Positions 63,408-64,000 of a stretch of 64,000 nt of DNA are shown piece after piece. The stretch lies in NCBI GenBank assembly GCA_965649825.1, contig OZ287704.1, positions 914,301 through 978,300 on the forward strand, read 5' to 3'. Within the stretch, counting starts at the first letter, position 1. Every line of letters starts with the position of its first letter. The stretch is from Penicillus capitatus. Lineage: Eukaryota; Plantae; Chlorophyta. A program made the translations under genes and the position numbers. A model generated the notes under the pieces. That model searched no databases. It was not told the origin of the DNA and worked only from the letters and a program-made list of their open reading frames with translations.

Positions 63408-63950
63408 TCACGGAGACGATAACGTGTCTCCGATGTTCAATGTGCTCGTATGCAGATTCAGATGGAGGGACCGTGCTGCTAAGTTGAATGACAAGGACAC
63501 AGTGGAGCATCCCGAGGCATGCTGCTGTGCCTCCTCGGACAGGTCATTTTTTTCATCTAATCGTTTTCTACGTCCCATCACGATGAACATTAGAACGACG
63601 ACGCCATTTGAAAGCGAACATACACACGTTTTGTCGAGTCCGTTCTCCGTCTCTGTCACCGATTCGCACCGATCGTTCGTTACGTCAAATTCGCGATGAC
63701 GTTCGGAAGTAGCGGAGGACGCGAGTACTTCTACGACAACGAAACGATGCATCTCTTGGAGGATTTGCGCGGTTTCTATGGTGGGCGCGATTATTCGCAC
63801 ACATGCACCAAAGCGCTGAGACTTTTCAGTCTCCATCTCCAGCCCGTCGTCGACGTTTTCCTCCAGAAGGACTTGGGCGACTCCCGAACTTTTGTCGTCA
63901 AAGCGAAACCGTGGACAGAGAAGGATTTCGTATCGTTGCTTCCAAAACAC
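63408..63950 (-). CDS. Possible hypothetical protein (may extend beyond the right edge)
   Basis: 180-codon ORF with a plausible in-frame intron; no motif recognised. Confidence 0.3.
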   Translation of the reverse strand: MFWKQRYEILLCPRFRFDDKSSGVAQVLLEENVDDGLEMETEKSQRFGACVRIIAPTIETAQILQEMHRFVVVEVLASSATSERHREFDVTNDRCESVTETENGLDKTCVCSLSNGVVVLMFIVMGRRKRLDEKNDLSEEAQQHASGCSTVSLSFNLAARSLHLNLHTSTLNIGDTLSSP

Positions 63951-64000
63951 GTTCGTTCGTTTACGAATGGCGATTGGCGATTGGCCGAGTACTTTAAACG

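Overview
Very compact eukaryotic nuclear DNA with about 24 tightly packed genes and short (about 35-80 nt) GT-AG introns, plus at least two GC-AG introns. Plastid-related genes (LPA3, FtsHi, USP-like), an LSD1 zinc finger, UPL6 and TGTAA motifs after several stop codons point to a chlorophyte green alga using the standard genetic code; the exact lineage is inference only. Genes in order: RB-pocket-like gene (runs off the left edge); two tandem paralogous receptor-like genes (signal peptide, LRR, Fn3-like, TM, three class III nucleotidyl-cyclase domains); WDR7-like; Raf-like kinase; ChAPs (exomer-type adaptor); orphan coiled-coil ORF; ARF; RPS30; LSD1; FYVE; LPA3; MMADHC; cyclin; FtsHi; ENTH-ArfGAP fusion; PAN-domain receptor kinase; hypothetical; LCB2; CRN1; CDH1/FZR-like; HIRAN protein; an intact, recent Ty3/Gypsy element (LTRs identical by eye, 5-bp TSD); USP-like; UPL6. 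Best leads: (1) the LRR receptor-cyclases, whose catalytic residues are split between domains 1 and 3 in both paralogs; (2) the retrotransposon appears to sit in the first codons of the USP-like gene, and its LTR provides an in-frame replacement ATG. Exon boundaries were read by eye and gene ends are approximate where noted.
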